Source: Syntrophales bacterium (GTDB taxonomy: Bacteria; Desulfobacterota; Syntrophia; Syntrophales; UBA2210). Taken from it: 64,000 nt of DNA. This document shows, in pieces, positions 1 through 10,266 of the stretch. A program made the position numbers and the translations under genes. The DNA lies in NCBI GenBank assembly GCA_963662405.2, contig CAXXKT010000001.1, forward strand, positions 1 to 64,000, given 5' to 3'. The notes beneath the pieces were generated by a model. It had not been told where the DNA came from, made no database searches, and saw only the letters and a program-made list of their open reading frames with translations. Every line of letters begins with the position of its first letter. Positions within the stretch are counted from its first letter, which is position 1.

Positions 1-728
1 CCCTCGATCCGGTGACCGGTGCCATCGGGCGGGAAGGGATCCCCTCCACCACCAACCCCCTCGACCGGCACGCGATGGAGGAGGCTCTCCTCATCCGTGA
101 GCAGTGCGGCGGAACGGTCACGGCCATCACGATGGGCCCTCCCCCGGCGCGAAAGGCCCTGGAAGACGCCCTCGCCATGGGGGCCGACCGGGGAGCGATC
201 CTGTGTGATCCGGCCTTCGCCGGTGCTGACTCGCTTGCGACGGCGTACATCCTCGCAGCGGGGATCCGTGCCCTCGGACCTTTCGATCTTGTCCTCTGCG
301 GAAACGAATCGGTGGACGGGGCGACGGGACAGGTCGCGCCGCAACTCGCCGAATTCCTGGACATCCCCCACGTCACCTACGCGCGGAAGATCACCCGAGA
401 GGGAGAAAAGTCCGCCCTTGTGGAACGGGCAGTGGAAGGGGGATATCTGCGGGTCAGGGTGTCCCTTCCCGCGGCGATCTCCGTCCTGAAGGGGATCAAC
501 CGGTACCGTCTCCCCACGGCGATGGGGATCATGGCGGCGGCGGATCGGGAGATCATCGAGATGGACTGTTCCGTGTGCGAACCGGCCGGCGGAATACTGA
601 CGTCTCCCACGAAGGTGACCGATGTCTTCGAGTCATCCCTGAAACGGCACGTGACGATGCTCGGGGGGACGCCGGAGGAGGCGACCCGGGAGCTGCTGCA
701 CCGGCTGCGCGAAATAGAGGCCCTCTGA
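1..728 (+). CDS. etfB: Electron transfer flavoprotein beta subunit (5' truncated by window)
   Basis: NPLDRHAMEEAL, TMGPP, AMGADRG, GADSLATA, DGATGQV motifs; coupled to etfA (TGATG overlap). Confidence 0.93.
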   Translation, partial: LDPVTGAIGREGIPSTTNPLDRHAMEEALLIREQCGGTVTAITMGPPPARKALEDALAMGADRGAILCDPAFAGADSLATAYILAAGIRALGPFDLVLCGNESVDGATGQVAPQLAEFLDIPHVTYARKITREGEKSALVERAVEGGYLRVRVSLPAAISVLKGINRYRLPTAMGIMAAADREIIEMDCSVCEPAGGILTSPTKVTDVFESSLKRHVTMLGGTPEEATRELLHRLREIEAL

Positions 729-1720
729 TGAGACAGATCCTGCTGTGGGTGGAGACGAGAGAGGGAGAAATCGCGGAGGCTTCGCTGGAGGTCCTTCAAA
801 AAGCAAACCGGCTCACCGGAAACATAAACGGATCGGTCGGGGCAATCCTGATCGGTGACGGATGCCGGAGAGCAGCGGGGGATCTGATCCATTACGGCGC
901 CGACCGGGTGTGGCTCGTCGAAGATCCCCGCCTTGCCCTCTACCAGAGCGATCCATACGCGCGGATCGTCAGCGATATCATCAGGGAGGCCGCACCCGAG
1001 ATCGTCCTGATGGGGGGGACATCGATCGGGATGGACCTCGCGCCGCGGGTAGCGGCGCAGTTGAAAACGGGACTCACCGCCCACTGTATCGATCTTTCCA
1101 TCGAAGAAATCGACGGGGAGGAGCAACTGATCCAGGTAGTCCCCGGGTGGGGGGGACAGATGATGGTGAAGATAACCTGTCCGGAACACCGCCCCCAGAT
1201 GGCCACCATCCGCCCCGGCGTCATGGAGAAAGGAACGGCGGACCCCTCACGGACGGGTGAAATCACCACGGTCAACCCTGCGATCACCGAAGGCGATTTC
1301 AGGGCGAAGACCCTTGAGATGGTGAAAGAAGAGAAACAGGAGACGCCCCTGGAGGATGCACGAATCGTCGTCTCCGGGGGATTCGGTCTCTATGGATCAG
1401 GTGGATTCGAGCCGGTGGAGCGATTGGCGGCCGCACTCCATGGGGAGGTGGCGGGTACCCGCCCCGCCTTCGATCAGGGGTGGATCCCCGAATCCCGGAT
1501 GATCGGGCAGAGTGGCAAGACGGTCCGGCCGGAGCTCTTCATCAGCATCGGGGCCTCGGGTGCCATGCATTACACGACCGGATTTCTCAAATCCAAGGTG
1601 ATCGTGGCGATCGACCGGAGCCCCAGCGCCCCCATTTTTGATATTGCCGATTTCGGGATCGCGGACGATCTGAACCGGGTCATCCCGTCCCTGATCGAAG
1701 AACTGGAGAATCAGGAATAG
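728..1720 (+). CDS. etfA: Electron transfer flavoprotein alpha subunit
   Basis: VVSGGFG, IGQSGKTVRPELFISIGASGA, APIFDIADFGI motifs; ATG at 728. Confidence 0.93.
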   Translation: MRQILLWVETREGEIAEASLEVLQKANRLTGNINGSVGAILIGDGCRRAAGDLIHYGADRVWLVEDPRLALYQSDPYARIVSDIIREAAPEIVLMGGTSIGMDLAPRVAAQLKTGLTAHCIDLSIEEIDGEEQLIQVVPGWGGQMMVKITCPEHRPQMATIRPGVMEKGTADPSRTGEITTVNPAITEGDFRAKTLEMVKEEKQETPLEDARIVVSGGFGLYGSGGFEPVERLAAALHGEVAGTRPAFDQGWIPESRMIGQSGKTVRPELFISIGASGAMHYTTGFLKSKVIVAIDRSPSAPIFDIADFGIADDLNRVIPSLIEELENQE

Positions 1721-1748
1721 ACGCCAGAGAGAACAAGATAGGAGATGA

Positions 1749-2882
1749 ATGAATATGTTTGAATTGACAAAACAGCAGGAGATGTTGAGAGACATGGTCC
1801 GCGAATTCGCGGAGGCCGAACTGGCCCCCAAGGCCCTGGAACTGGACCGGAAGGGCGAATTCCCGCGTGACCTCGTCAAGAAACTGGGGGAACAGGGTCT
1901 CATCGGCATGGCCGCCTCAAAAGAGGTCGGAGCGGCCGGGATGGGATATCTCGCCGGAACCCTGGCCATCGAGGAACTGGGGCGGGTCTATCCCTCTCTT
2001 GCCTTTCTCCTTGAGGTGAGCCAGGCACCGATCTACGCCATCGAGCAGTACGGGACGGAAGAACAGAAACAGAGATACCTCCCCGATGTGATCAAAGGGG
2101 ATAAGATCATGTCGATCGCCGCCACGGAGGCGACCGGTGGGTCCGTCCTGGCCAAACCCGCGACGGAGGCGGTGGCGGACGGCGACGGGTATGTTATCAA
2201 CGGGCGGAAGGTCTACATCACCAACGGCGGCGTGGCCGACCACTGCGTGGTCCTCGCCAAGACGGGTGAGAAGACCAGCACCTTCATCGTGGATAAGGAC
2301 AATCCCGGGTTCATCGTCAGTCGCCGGCAGGAGATGACCGGATTCAAGGCGGTCGATGTGAGCGAGATCTCCTTCAATGACTGCCACGTCCCGAAGGATG
2401 CCCTGATCGGCAAGGAAGGGGCCGGACTGGGGGTCGCCATGAACGCCTTTTCCGTCAACCGGCCCGCGATCGGGGCGATCGGCCTCGGTATCGCCCGCGG
2501 CGCCTTCGAAATCGCCGTCAAATATGCCAAGGAACGCATCCTCAACGGCCGGCCGATCACCGCTATCCAGGCCATCCAGTTCATGCTGGTCGATATGGAG
2601 ACCCAGATCGACGCGGCCAAATGGCTCATCTACTACCCCTGTGCCATCCTTGATCAGGGAGAAAATCCGCAGACGATCGGGAAACACGCCGCCCGCGCCA
2701 AGGTGGTCGGCGCGCAGGCCGCTCTCGATGTGACCCAGCAGGCGATGCAGATCCTGGGAGGATACGGGGTCAGTCCGGAATACCACCTCCCCCGGCTCCT
2801 CAACGACGCCCTGGAACTCTTCCCCGCCGAAGGGACATCGCAGGTGATGAAGGTCATCCAGGCAGGAGCGATCGTACGATGA
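1749..2882 (+). CDS. Acyl-CoA dehydrogenase
   Basis: TEATGGS, INGRKVYITNG, AMQILGGYG, EGTSQV motifs. Confidence 0.92.
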   Translation: MNMFELTKQQEMLRDMVREFAEAELAPKALELDRKGEFPRDLVKKLGEQGLIGMAASKEVGAAGMGYLAGTLAIEELGRVYPSLAFLLEVSQAPIYAIEQYGTEEQKQRYLPDVIKGDKIMSIAATEATGGSVLAKPATEAVADGDGYVINGRKVYITNGGVADHCVVLAKTGEKTSTFIVDKDNPGFIVSRRQEMTGFKAVDVSEISFNDCHVPKDALIGKEGAGLGVAMNAFSVNRPAIGAIGLGIARGAFEIAVKYAKERILNGRPITAIQAIQFMLVDMETQIDAAKWLIYYPCAILDQGENPQTIGKHAARAKVVGAQAALDVTQQAMQILGGYGVSPEYHLPRLLNDALELFPAEGTSQVMKVIQAGAIVR

Positions 2883-3736
2883 CGGCACGATATCTTGAAG
2901 GAAAGGTTGTTGCCGAGGCCGTGCTCCGGGAGGTCGGGCAGCGGGTCACGACTCTGAAAAAGCGGGGGATTATCCCCGGCCTGGGGACGATCCTGGTGGG
3001 GGACGACCCGGCGAGTGCCGGGTACGTCCGCAAGAAGCACGAGGCGTGCGGTGAGCACGGCTTTGCCTCTTTCGACCGACAGATTGCCGGTGATGCATCT
3101 CAGGAGGATCTTCTTGACGCAGTCCGTGCATTCAACGAGGATGACCGGGTCCACGCCTTCATCATCCAGTATCCCGTCCCCGGGGGCTTCGACTACTCGG
3201 AGGCGATTGAGACGATGGCCCCCGAGAAGGACGCCGACGGTCTTCACCCCGTGAACCTCGGCAGGCTGGTCCTCCAGGAACCGGGGCCGATACCCGCCAC
3301 CCCCGCCGGGATCCAGGCCATGCTTCGCCACTATCAGATCCCCGTCAAGGGACGGGAAGTCGTGATCGTGGGGAGGGGTTCCACCCTGGGACGTCCCCTC
3401 GCCCTCCTGATGACACTGAAGCAGGAGGGGGCCAACGCGGCGGTAACGGTCGTCCATACCGGTGTCGACGATATAGCCCATTATACGAAACGGGCGGATA
3501 TCGTGATCGCCGCGGCGGGGGTCCCGAGCATCGTAACGAAAGAGATGGTCCGGCCCGGGACCGTGGTGATCAGCGGGGGGATTACCTGGGAAGGAAAGCG
3601 GCTCGTCCCCGATGTGGACGAATCGGTCGCCGAGGTGGCAGGATGGATCACCCCCCGGCTCGGCGGGGTCGGCCCGACCACGATCGCCATGCTCCTGAAA
3701 AACACCCTGGAGTGTGCCGAGCGACAAACAACATAA
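2879..3736 (+). CDS. folD: Methylenetetrahydrofolate dehydrogenase/cyclohydrolase
   Basis: ILVGDDPASAGYV, KDADGLHPVNLGRL, PATPAGI, GGVGPTTIAML. Confidence 0.92.
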   Translation: MTARYLEGKVVAEAVLREVGQRVTTLKKRGIIPGLGTILVGDDPASAGYVRKKHEACGEHGFASFDRQIAGDASQEDLLDAVRAFNEDDRVHAFIIQYPVPGGFDYSEAIETMAPEKDADGLHPVNLGRLVLQEPGPIPATPAGIQAMLRHYQIPVKGREVVIVGRGSTLGRPLALLMTLKQEGANAAVTVVHTGVDDIAHYTKRADIVIAAAGVPSIVTKEMVRPGTVVISGGITWEGKRLVPDVDESVAEVAGWITPRLGGVGPTTIAMLLKNTLECAERQTT

Positions 3737-3766
3737 CCGTTAACCGGGTGAAAGGATCACGATATC

Positions 3767-4216
3767 ATGGCCAAATCAGTCGCCGTACAGGCGACCCTTA
3801 CGAATGAGATGCTTCAATTCACCGGGGCTGCCGGTGATAATCCTGAAATCGTCTTCAACTATCCTCCGCCCATGGGGGACGGGCCGGGGTATAATCCCCT
3901 GGAACTGCTCCTGATGAGTCTTGCCGTGTGCAGCTCGACGGCGAGTGTGATCCTGCTGCGGGGAATGAAAAAGACCGTATCAGGGGTCTCCGTCCATGCG
4001 CAGGGGACACTGAAGAGGAAACCGCCCACATCGTTTGAAAAGGTTGCTCTGGAGTTCATCTTCACGTCGCCCGATGCGACGGACCACGACGCTCGGGAGG
4101 CTGTCCGCCTTGCGGAGGAGACCTACTGCCCCGTCTGGGCAATGCTCAGGGACAGCGTCGCGGTCGCCTCCACCTGCACCGTGATGACACCGGAGGAGCA
4201 GATAAAAACCGCATAA
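3767..4216 (+). CDS. OsmC family protein
   Basis: NPLELLLMSLAVC...YCPV two-Cys pattern. Confidence 0.85.
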   Translation: MAKSVAVQATLTNEMLQFTGAAGDNPEIVFNYPPPMGDGPGYNPLELLLMSLAVCSSTASVILLRGMKKTVSGVSVHAQGTLKRKPPTSFEKVALEFIFTSPDATDHDAREAVRLAEETYCPVWAMLRDSVAVASTCTVMTPEEQIKTA

Positions 4217-4249
4217 GGGTTGCCGGAATCGGCATCGAGGCGGGGTTGC

Positions 4250-4834
4250 TCAGAGAGCGACCCCGTTATTTTGTGCGTTCGCGAGATCATCGGGGGTGTT
4301 CACGTTGAGAAACATCCGCCCGTCGGGATCGAATGATGCGGCCGCCTTTGAAGAGATCTCCAGGACGCGCGCCTTCCGATAGAACCCGGTAATCTTCAGG
4401 CGATTCTCATCGATCCTTCGTTTCATCGCCGCCATGCACCGCCGTGAATAGATCGCGTGGAGGGGCTGAAACCCCTCCGGTTGCACGGGGACGACCACAT
4501 CGTACCCCGCGCTCCTTTCCTGCATGGAGCGAATGAAATCGATGTTCAAAAAGGGCATATCGCAGGGGCAGACGAAGGCCTGCTCGCACGACGCGTGGAA
4601 GAGACCGGTATAGATCCCCCCCAGCGCCCCCTTTCCCTTGATGATATCGGTGACGATCGTGAGGTCGAACTCGAGATACGCGAGGGGATCGTTGGTAACC
4701 AGGACGATCTCTTCAAAGAGCTCCCTGAAGATCCGTATCGTCCGATCGATGATCCGTTCCTCGCCTACCCGCATGAATGCCTTATTTTCTCCCATGCGGG
4801 TGTTTTTCCCACCCGATAGTATGATTCCCGTCAT
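4250..4834 (-). CDS. mobA: Molybdenum cofactor guanylyltransferase
   Basis: ILSGGKNTRMG.NKA, GALGGIYTGL, CDMPFL, PLHAIY, NVNTPDD. Confidence 0.9.
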   Translation of the reverse strand: MTGIILSGGKNTRMGENKAFMRVGEERIIDRTIRIFRELFEEIVLVTNDPLAYLEFDLTIVTDIIKGKGALGGIYTGLFHASCEQAFVCPCDMPFLNIDFIRSMQERSAGYDVVVPVQPEGFQPLHAIYSRRCMAAMKRRIDENRLKITGFYRKARVLEISSKAAASFDPDGRMFLNVNTPDDLANAQNNGVAL

Positions 4835-4853
4835 TACACCATGCTGCCTTCTG

Positions 4854-6017
4854 TTACTTGCACGTTGCGAGGATCGAGTTGATCACCTCTTCGGTATAGT
4901 CTTTGAGCCCCCAGAGCTCGGCGAGGGCGGAGGCGTTCCCGGCGATCTTCCCGATATCATCCGCGGGGATCTTCGCCTCTCCCAGGGAAACAGGTGCCCC
5001 GATGGAGGAGAACCACCCTTTTAACCGCGCTATCCCGGCAACCCCGGCTTGGAGATCATCACCTTCTTTGATGTCGAAGACGTTCCGTGCCAGCCGGGCG
5101 AATTTCGCGGGGGACTTTTCAACCGCGTATCGCATCCATCCCGGGAGAAGAATCGACAGCCCGGCGCCGTGTGCGATATCGTACATCGCGCTCAGCGAAT
5201 GTTCCATCATATGAGCGGGGAGACCGATCCGCCCCATCCCCGCCGTGGTCGTGCCGTTGAAGCCCAGGATGGCGGCCCACATCATATTCGCCCGCGCGTC
5301 ATAGTCCTCAGGATCCTTCAGGATGGCTTCCGTGCTCTCCATAACCGTCTTCATCAACCCTTCCACGAGCCGATCCTGGAGAAAGCTGTTCGGCTCCGTG
5401 TTGACAAAGTACGGTTCCAGCATGTGCGCGATCGTGTCGACGGCGCTGTACGCGCTGTAGGCGGGGCTGAGTGTGAAGAGGACCGTCGGATCGAGGATGG
5501 AGGTCTTCGGCTGGACAAAGGGGGAGCGAAAGCTGTATTTCTGGCTGCTGTCCTCCCGGGTAATGACCGCCGCCGGATTCATCTCCGACGCGCTGGCCGA
5601 GATGGTCACAACGGTCAGAATAGGAAGCGCGCTCCGGACCGCCTTCGTGTACACGAAGTATTCCCACACGTCATCGTCCGTCAGCGCACCCGCCGCGATC
5701 GTTTTCGCCGTGTCCATGACACTCCCGCCCCCAACCGCGAGGATCACATCGACCTTTTCCCTTTTCGCCACCTCGATTCCCTCGAGGGCACAGGACAGGA
5801 CCGGGTTTGACTTGACACCGGAAAACTCGACCAGCTCAAGACCGGCTTCCCTGATCGATGCCACAACCTGGTCGTAGACACCGTTCCGTTTGATGCTCCC
5901 CTGGCCATAGATCATCAGGACCTTCCTGCCGAATTTTCCGATCTCCTTGCCGATCTTTGCTATCTGACCTTTCCCGAAGATGATCTTGGTCGGATTTTCG
6001 AATACAAAGTTTTGCAT
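4854..6017 (-). CDS. Iron-containing alcohol dehydrogenase (butanol dehydrogenase-like)
   Basis: MQNFVFENPTKIIFGKG, AVGGGSVMD, HMMEHSLSAMYDIAHG; start placed at ATG 6017. Confidence 0.9.
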   Translation of the reverse strand: MQNFVFENPTKIIFGKGQIAKIGKEIGKFGRKVLMIYGQGSIKRNGVYDQVVASIREAGLELVEFSGVKSNPVLSCALEGIEVAKREKVDVILAVGGGSVMDTAKTIAAGALTDDDVWEYFVYTKAVRSALPILTVVTISASASEMNPAAVITREDSSQKYSFRSPFVQPKTSILDPTVLFTLSPAYSAYSAVDTIAHMLEPYFVNTEPNSFLQDRLVEGLMKTVMESTEAILKDPEDYDARANMMWAAILGFNGTTTAGMGRIGLPAHMMEHSLSAMYDIAHGAGLSILLPGWMRYAVEKSPAKFARLARNVFDIKEGDDLQAGVAGIARLKGWFSSIGAPVSLGEAKIPADDIGKIAGNASALAELWGLKDYTEEVINSILATCK

Positions 6018-6208
6018 TACACCACTCCCCTTGGATTGTATTTTGTTCCCTTGAAGGGGTAGTGTATACATGCGCGCCGGTGATCTGTCAACGAACCAAA
6101 CGTCTCTTTGACTTGCCGGTGGGATTGTAGTAATGCTCCGTGCTGTCGCCATCCGGACCGATGATTTGATTCGACGGGAATTTTGGGCGTACGGGACAAG
6201 CCATACCT

Positions 6209-6934
6209 ATGAATGCTGACGGAGACACCACCCCCCGGGGGGGAATACTGAAAGACGGCATGATCGGCGCATGGCCCATCTGCCTCGGCTACCTCGCCAT
6301 CGGCCTGGCCTTCGGCGTGATCGCCCAGAAGGCGGGGCTCAGTCCTCTGGAGATCGGCCTCATGTCCGTCCTCGTCTACGCGGGAAGCGCCCAGTTCATC
6401 GCCGTTTCCATGCTCTCCGCCGGGGCGGAATTCGCCCCGATCGTGATCACCACCTTCACCGTCAATCTGCGCCATATACTGATGAGTTCCTCCCTGTCTG
6501 CATCTCTGCGGAATCTCGGCACAGGACCGCTCTCTCTCTTCGCCTACGGGGTAACGGATGAGAGCTTCGCCCTCAACAGCGCCAAGTTCAGGGAGGGACG
6601 ATGGGACTGGCGACGCGCCCTCGTCCTCAACCACACGGCGAACCTCGCCTGGATCGTCTGTACGGTGGCGGGGGGATTCGGCGGTCAGTTCATCCCCGCC
6701 GGGGCCTTCGGGATTGACTATGCCCTGATCGCCATGTTTATCTGTCTCCTCATCTTCCAGATCAGAGGGGGTCTGTACGTAGTGGTGGCCGTGGTCGCCG
6801 GTCTTCTGGCCGTCATCCTCTCGCTCCTGATCCCCGGAAACAGCTACATCATCATCGCCTCGGTGATCGCGGCGGCCCTGGGGGTCGTCTTCAAACGGGG
6901 ACGCCTCTTCTCACGCGCGGAGGGACAACCATGA
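6209..6934 (+). CDS. azlC: AzlC family branched-chain amino acid exporter permease
   Basis: YAGSAQF, VNLRHILM, TDESFA motifs. Confidence 0.88.
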   Translation: MNADGDTTPRGGILKDGMIGAWPICLGYLAIGLAFGVIAQKAGLSPLEIGLMSVLVYAGSAQFIAVSMLSAGAEFAPIVITTFTVNLRHILMSSSLSASLRNLGTGPLSLFAYGVTDESFALNSAKFREGRWDWRRALVLNHTANLAWIVCTVAGGFGGQFIPAGAFGIDYALIAMFICLLIFQIRGGLYVVVAVVAGLLAVILSLLIPGNSYIIIASVIAAALGVVFKRGRLFSRAEGQP

Positions 6935-7254
6935 TACACACCGGCTACCTGTACATTCTGATCGGGATGGGGATCGTCACCTATGTCCCCCGGTGGCTCC
7001 CGCTGGTGTTCCTGTCGAATCGGCGCCTGCCGGTCTGGTTCGAGGAGTGGCTCGATCTGATCCCGGCGGCGATCCTGAGCGCCCTGATCCTCCCGATCCT
7101 GATCACCACGGGGGAACCCCGGCGGCTCGACCTGCTGCGTCCCGAACTCGTTGTGGCGATACCGACCTTTCTCTTTGCCGTCAAGACGCGCTCACTGGCG
7201 GGAACCGTCGTGGTCGGGATGTCCCTCTTCTGGCTCGCCGGAAAGATCCTGTAA
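6931..7254 (+). CDS. azlD: AzlD domain protein
   Basis: VTYVPRWLP, IPAAILSAL; overlaps azlC stop. Confidence 0.85.
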   Translation: MIHTGYLYILIGMGIVTYVPRWLPLVFLSNRRLPVWFEEWLDLIPAAILSALILPILITTGEPRRLDLLRPELVVAIPTFLFAVKTRSLAGTVVVGMSLFWLAGKIL

Positions 7255-7272
7255 GGAAAGTATGAGACCTGT

Positions 7273-8142
7273 ATGATCGTGTATGTGAAACTCATCCTGG
7301 CCGCCGTCTTCTGGGGCGGAACCTTTGTCGCCGGGCGAATCGTCGCGCAAGTCGTCGGCCCTTTCAGCGCGGCGTTCCTGCGCTTCGCCCTCGCGTCGCT
7401 CTTTCTTGTCTTCATCACCAAAAAGCTGGAGGGGGGACTCCCCCGTCTGAAAAGAAACCAGATTATTCCCGTTATTCTTCTCGGCATGACCGGCGTCTTT
7501 GCCTATAACGTCCTCTTCTTCCTCGGCCTGCAGAGCGTCATGGCGAGTCGCGCTTCCGTGATCATCGCGATAAACCCGATATTCATCGCCCTGTTCGCCG
7601 CCCTCTTCTTCAAGGAACGGCTGAGGGGAATCAACGTGACCGGGATCTTTCTGTGCGTCACGGGCGCGATCGTCGTTATATCGCACGGGGTACCCCAGAC
7701 ACTCCTCCACGGTAACGTGGGACGGGGAGAACTGTACATCCTCGGCTGTGTGGGAAGCTGGGTCCTCTACTCCCTGATCGGCAAGCACACCATGCAGGAG
7801 ATCTCCCCTATTGCGGCCGTCACTTACTCCTGCCTGATCGGCGGGGCGCTCCTCTTTGCACCCGCCTGTCTGGAGGGGCTCTTTCAAGATGCCGCGGGAT
7901 ACCGCTGGATAGACTGGATCGGGATCGCCTACCTCGGGTTTTTCGGTTCCGTTTTGGGATTCACCTGGTATTATGAAGGGATCCAGGCAATCGGCGCCTC
8001 ACGGGCGGCGGTATTCATCAACTTCGTCCCCGTCAGCGCCGTCATCCTCGCCTTTTTCCTCCTGAGGGAAGCGCTCGATATATCCCTCATCATGGGCGGC
8101 GCCATGGTCATCACTGGCGCATATCTGACGAATCGCCGGTGA
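7273..8142 (+). CDS. DMT/EamA family transporter
   Basis: FWGGTF...LRF, about 10 hydrophobic segments, GASRAAVFINFVP. Confidence 0.88.
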   Translation: MIVYVKLILAAVFWGGTFVAGRIVAQVVGPFSAAFLRFALASLFLVFITKKLEGGLPRLKRNQIIPVILLGMTGVFAYNVLFFLGLQSVMASRASVIIAINPIFIALFAALFFKERLRGINVTGIFLCVTGAIVVISHGVPQTLLHGNVGRGELYILGCVGSWVLYSLIGKHTMQEISPIAAVTYSCLIGGALLFAPACLEGLFQDAAGYRWIDWIGIAYLGFFGSVLGFTWYYEGIQAIGASRAAVFINFVPVSAVILAFFLLREALDISLIMGGAMVITGAYLTNRR

Positions 8143-8148
8143 AGAAGT

Positions 8149-9291
8149 TCACCCACGGTCCGTTGTGTGCGACTCGGCCCCGGGACCGTCTTCCCGGTCG
8201 TCGAAATGCGTGATTCGATTGCGTCCCTTTTGTTTGCTGCCATAGAGGGCCTCGTCGGCCTGTTCCAGTAAGATCGTTGGGTTATGTATGGCGATACCCA
8301 CGGTGGCGATCCCCATGCTGACCGTCAGGAAAGCACCACCCGGATGGGGAATGGCCGTCTTCGCCAGATCTTCCCGGATCTGGTCCGCCACGGTATGCGC
8401 CCCCCTTTTGTCCGTGAAACCCAGTATGATCAGGAACTCCTCTCCCCCATACCGGCAGACCCAATCCGTATCCCGGCTGATACGTTTTTTCAACAGGAAC
8501 CCGAATCGCTGGAGGCACTGGTCCCCCGCCAGATGGCCATAGTGGTCGTTGTACTCCTTGAAGTGATCGATATCGATGATGATGATGGAATAAGGGGTAT
8601 GTACCCGCGTATAGGTGCCGTGGACGAATGACAATCGCTCCTTGAGGTGCATCCTGTTATACAACCCGGTCAGATGATCTGTTTCGGAAAGACGCATCAA
8701 CTGCTCGGATTTTTTTTCATTCATGGCCCGCTCCTCCTCATAGGCCTTTTCAAAGGCGACGAGGAGGATGGCGGCAATGACAAACACAACCGGGACATTG
8801 ACCATCCAGTCAAGAAACTGTTCGTGAGGCGTCATTCCCTTAAAGACCTCGGGGTGCAGCCGATAAAGCGCAATCAGCGCCAAATTGATCGCAATGGTGG
8901 CGACATTCAGGATGATCCGCTCCCTCCCGTCGGTAAGATAATTGAGAAAGATCAATATCAGGAGAGAGTATGTGACGGCGGGAGATTGCAGGCCGGAACT
9001 CGACAGCCAGCTCAAGGGGAGGATAACAAAGATCAGGCCGTATATGCCGATCCGGTGAACAACCCCTAGCCGGGTTCGCCGCAGGGCGAAACAAAACAGA
9101 ATGGCCGCGAAGATTGCCATGGCAACCCATTTATAATTAAAAAAGAAATCCAACTCACGGACAAGATTGGTCACAACGGTTACAACGCATAAAACGGCAA
9201 AAAACACCAGCGTGGACAGGAACACGCGTTCCTTCAGGGGATAATCCTTTTTATACCGCGACAATTGAAATTTTCCCATCATATCAAACAC
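8149..9291 (-). CDS. Membrane-anchored diguanylate cyclase (GGDEF)
   Basis: N-terminal TM helices; DIDHFKEYND, RxxD I-site (RDTD), RYGGEEF. Confidence 0.9.
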   Translation of the reverse strand: MFDMMGKFQLSRYKKDYPLKERVFLSTLVFFAVLCVVTVVTNLVRELDFFFNYKWVAMAIFAAILFCFALRRTRLGVVHRIGIYGLIFVILPLSWLSSSGLQSPAVTYSLLILIFLNYLTDGRERIILNVATIAINLALIALYRLHPEVFKGMTPHEQFLDWMVNVPVVFVIAAILLVAFEKAYEEERAMNEKKSEQLMRLSETDHLTGLYNRMHLKERLSFVHGTYTRVHTPYSIIIIDIDHFKEYNDHYGHLAGDQCLQRFGFLLKKRISRDTDWVCRYGGEEFLIILGFTDKRGAHTVADQIREDLAKTAIPHPGGAFLTVSMGIATVGIAIHNPTILLEQADEALYGSKQKGRNRITHFDDREDGPGAESHTTDRG

Positions 9292-9414
9292 TTTCCAAAC
9301 CGTTTTGTTTCAGTTACGCCGTGATAGCTCGGCGAAAGCAATCTTGCCCACCACCGCTCTATCGATTGAAACAGAGAGGCAATGCGTGCAAGCGGGCCCC
9401 GGTAACAATGATTT

Positions 9415-10086
9415 TTAGAAGCCTATCCAACGGGTATTGACGTCGAGAGACACACGATCCGTCTCCACATGGTTGGCCGGAAAATCCCCATCAGGATATC
9501 CCACGGCAATGGCAATGATGATCCGTCTGTCCCCCGGTATCCCGGCAATCTCCCTCAGAACTTCCGGGTACAAGACACCCTGATCCTCGATGCAGGTACC
9601 CAGACCGAAGTGAAGCGCGGCCAGGCAGAGATTCTGCAACGCCGCCCCAAGATCAAGCAGGGGGGAGGACTCGCTGAGCGCGGTATCCGTCAGGAGAAGA
9701 ATGCCGACGGGCGCATCGAAAAAGCGAAAACCCCGCTCCATCCACGCCGCCCTCGTTTCTTTATCCTCCCGAGGGATACCCATGAGCCGGAAAAGCTGCT
9801 TGGCCAACTCGACCTGGCGCTCCCGGTACACACTGTCGTTGGACCAGCTCACCACCTGATGATCCGGCCGCGCCGGTTTTCCCCTATGCAATTTGTCGAC
9901 AAGTGTCGATCGGACCCTCATCAGTGCATCACCCGTTATGACGGCAAATTCCCACGGCTGGGTGTTCATCGCCGATGGCGCCCTGCAGGCCGCTGCAAGG
10001 ATGGCGGCAATGGTCTCTTTCGGAACAGGATCGGGTCTGAATCCTCTGATACTCTTTCTCTGATGAATCGCCTCAATAATGTCCAT
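9415..10086 (-). CDS. Nitroreductase family protein
   Basis: RKSIRGF, APSAMNTQPW, GLGTC. Confidence 0.9.
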   Translation of the reverse strand: MDIIEAIHQRKSIRGFRPDPVPKETIAAILAAACRAPSAMNTQPWEFAVITGDALMRVRSTLVDKLHRGKPARPDHQVVSWSNDSVYRERQVELAKQLFRLMGIPREDKETRAAWMERGFRFFDAPVGILLLTDTALSESSPLLDLGAALQNLCLAALHFGLGTCIEDQGVLYPEVLREIAGIPGDRRIIIAIAVGYPDGDFPANHVETDRVSLDVNTRWIGF

Positions 10087-10266
10087 ATGGTCCCTCCTTC
10101 ATATGCTCCCCAGCTTCCGTAGGATTAGTCAATCTCTTTCCTAAACACAAGAAAAACCCCGAAATTCGAAAATGAACAGCGCTGGGGCCTTCACCCCTAA
10201 TCGGCAACGCGATAGATTCGCCGGTAAAAACATGATATCATTCCTTACAAAAAAGGAAGAAACCGT

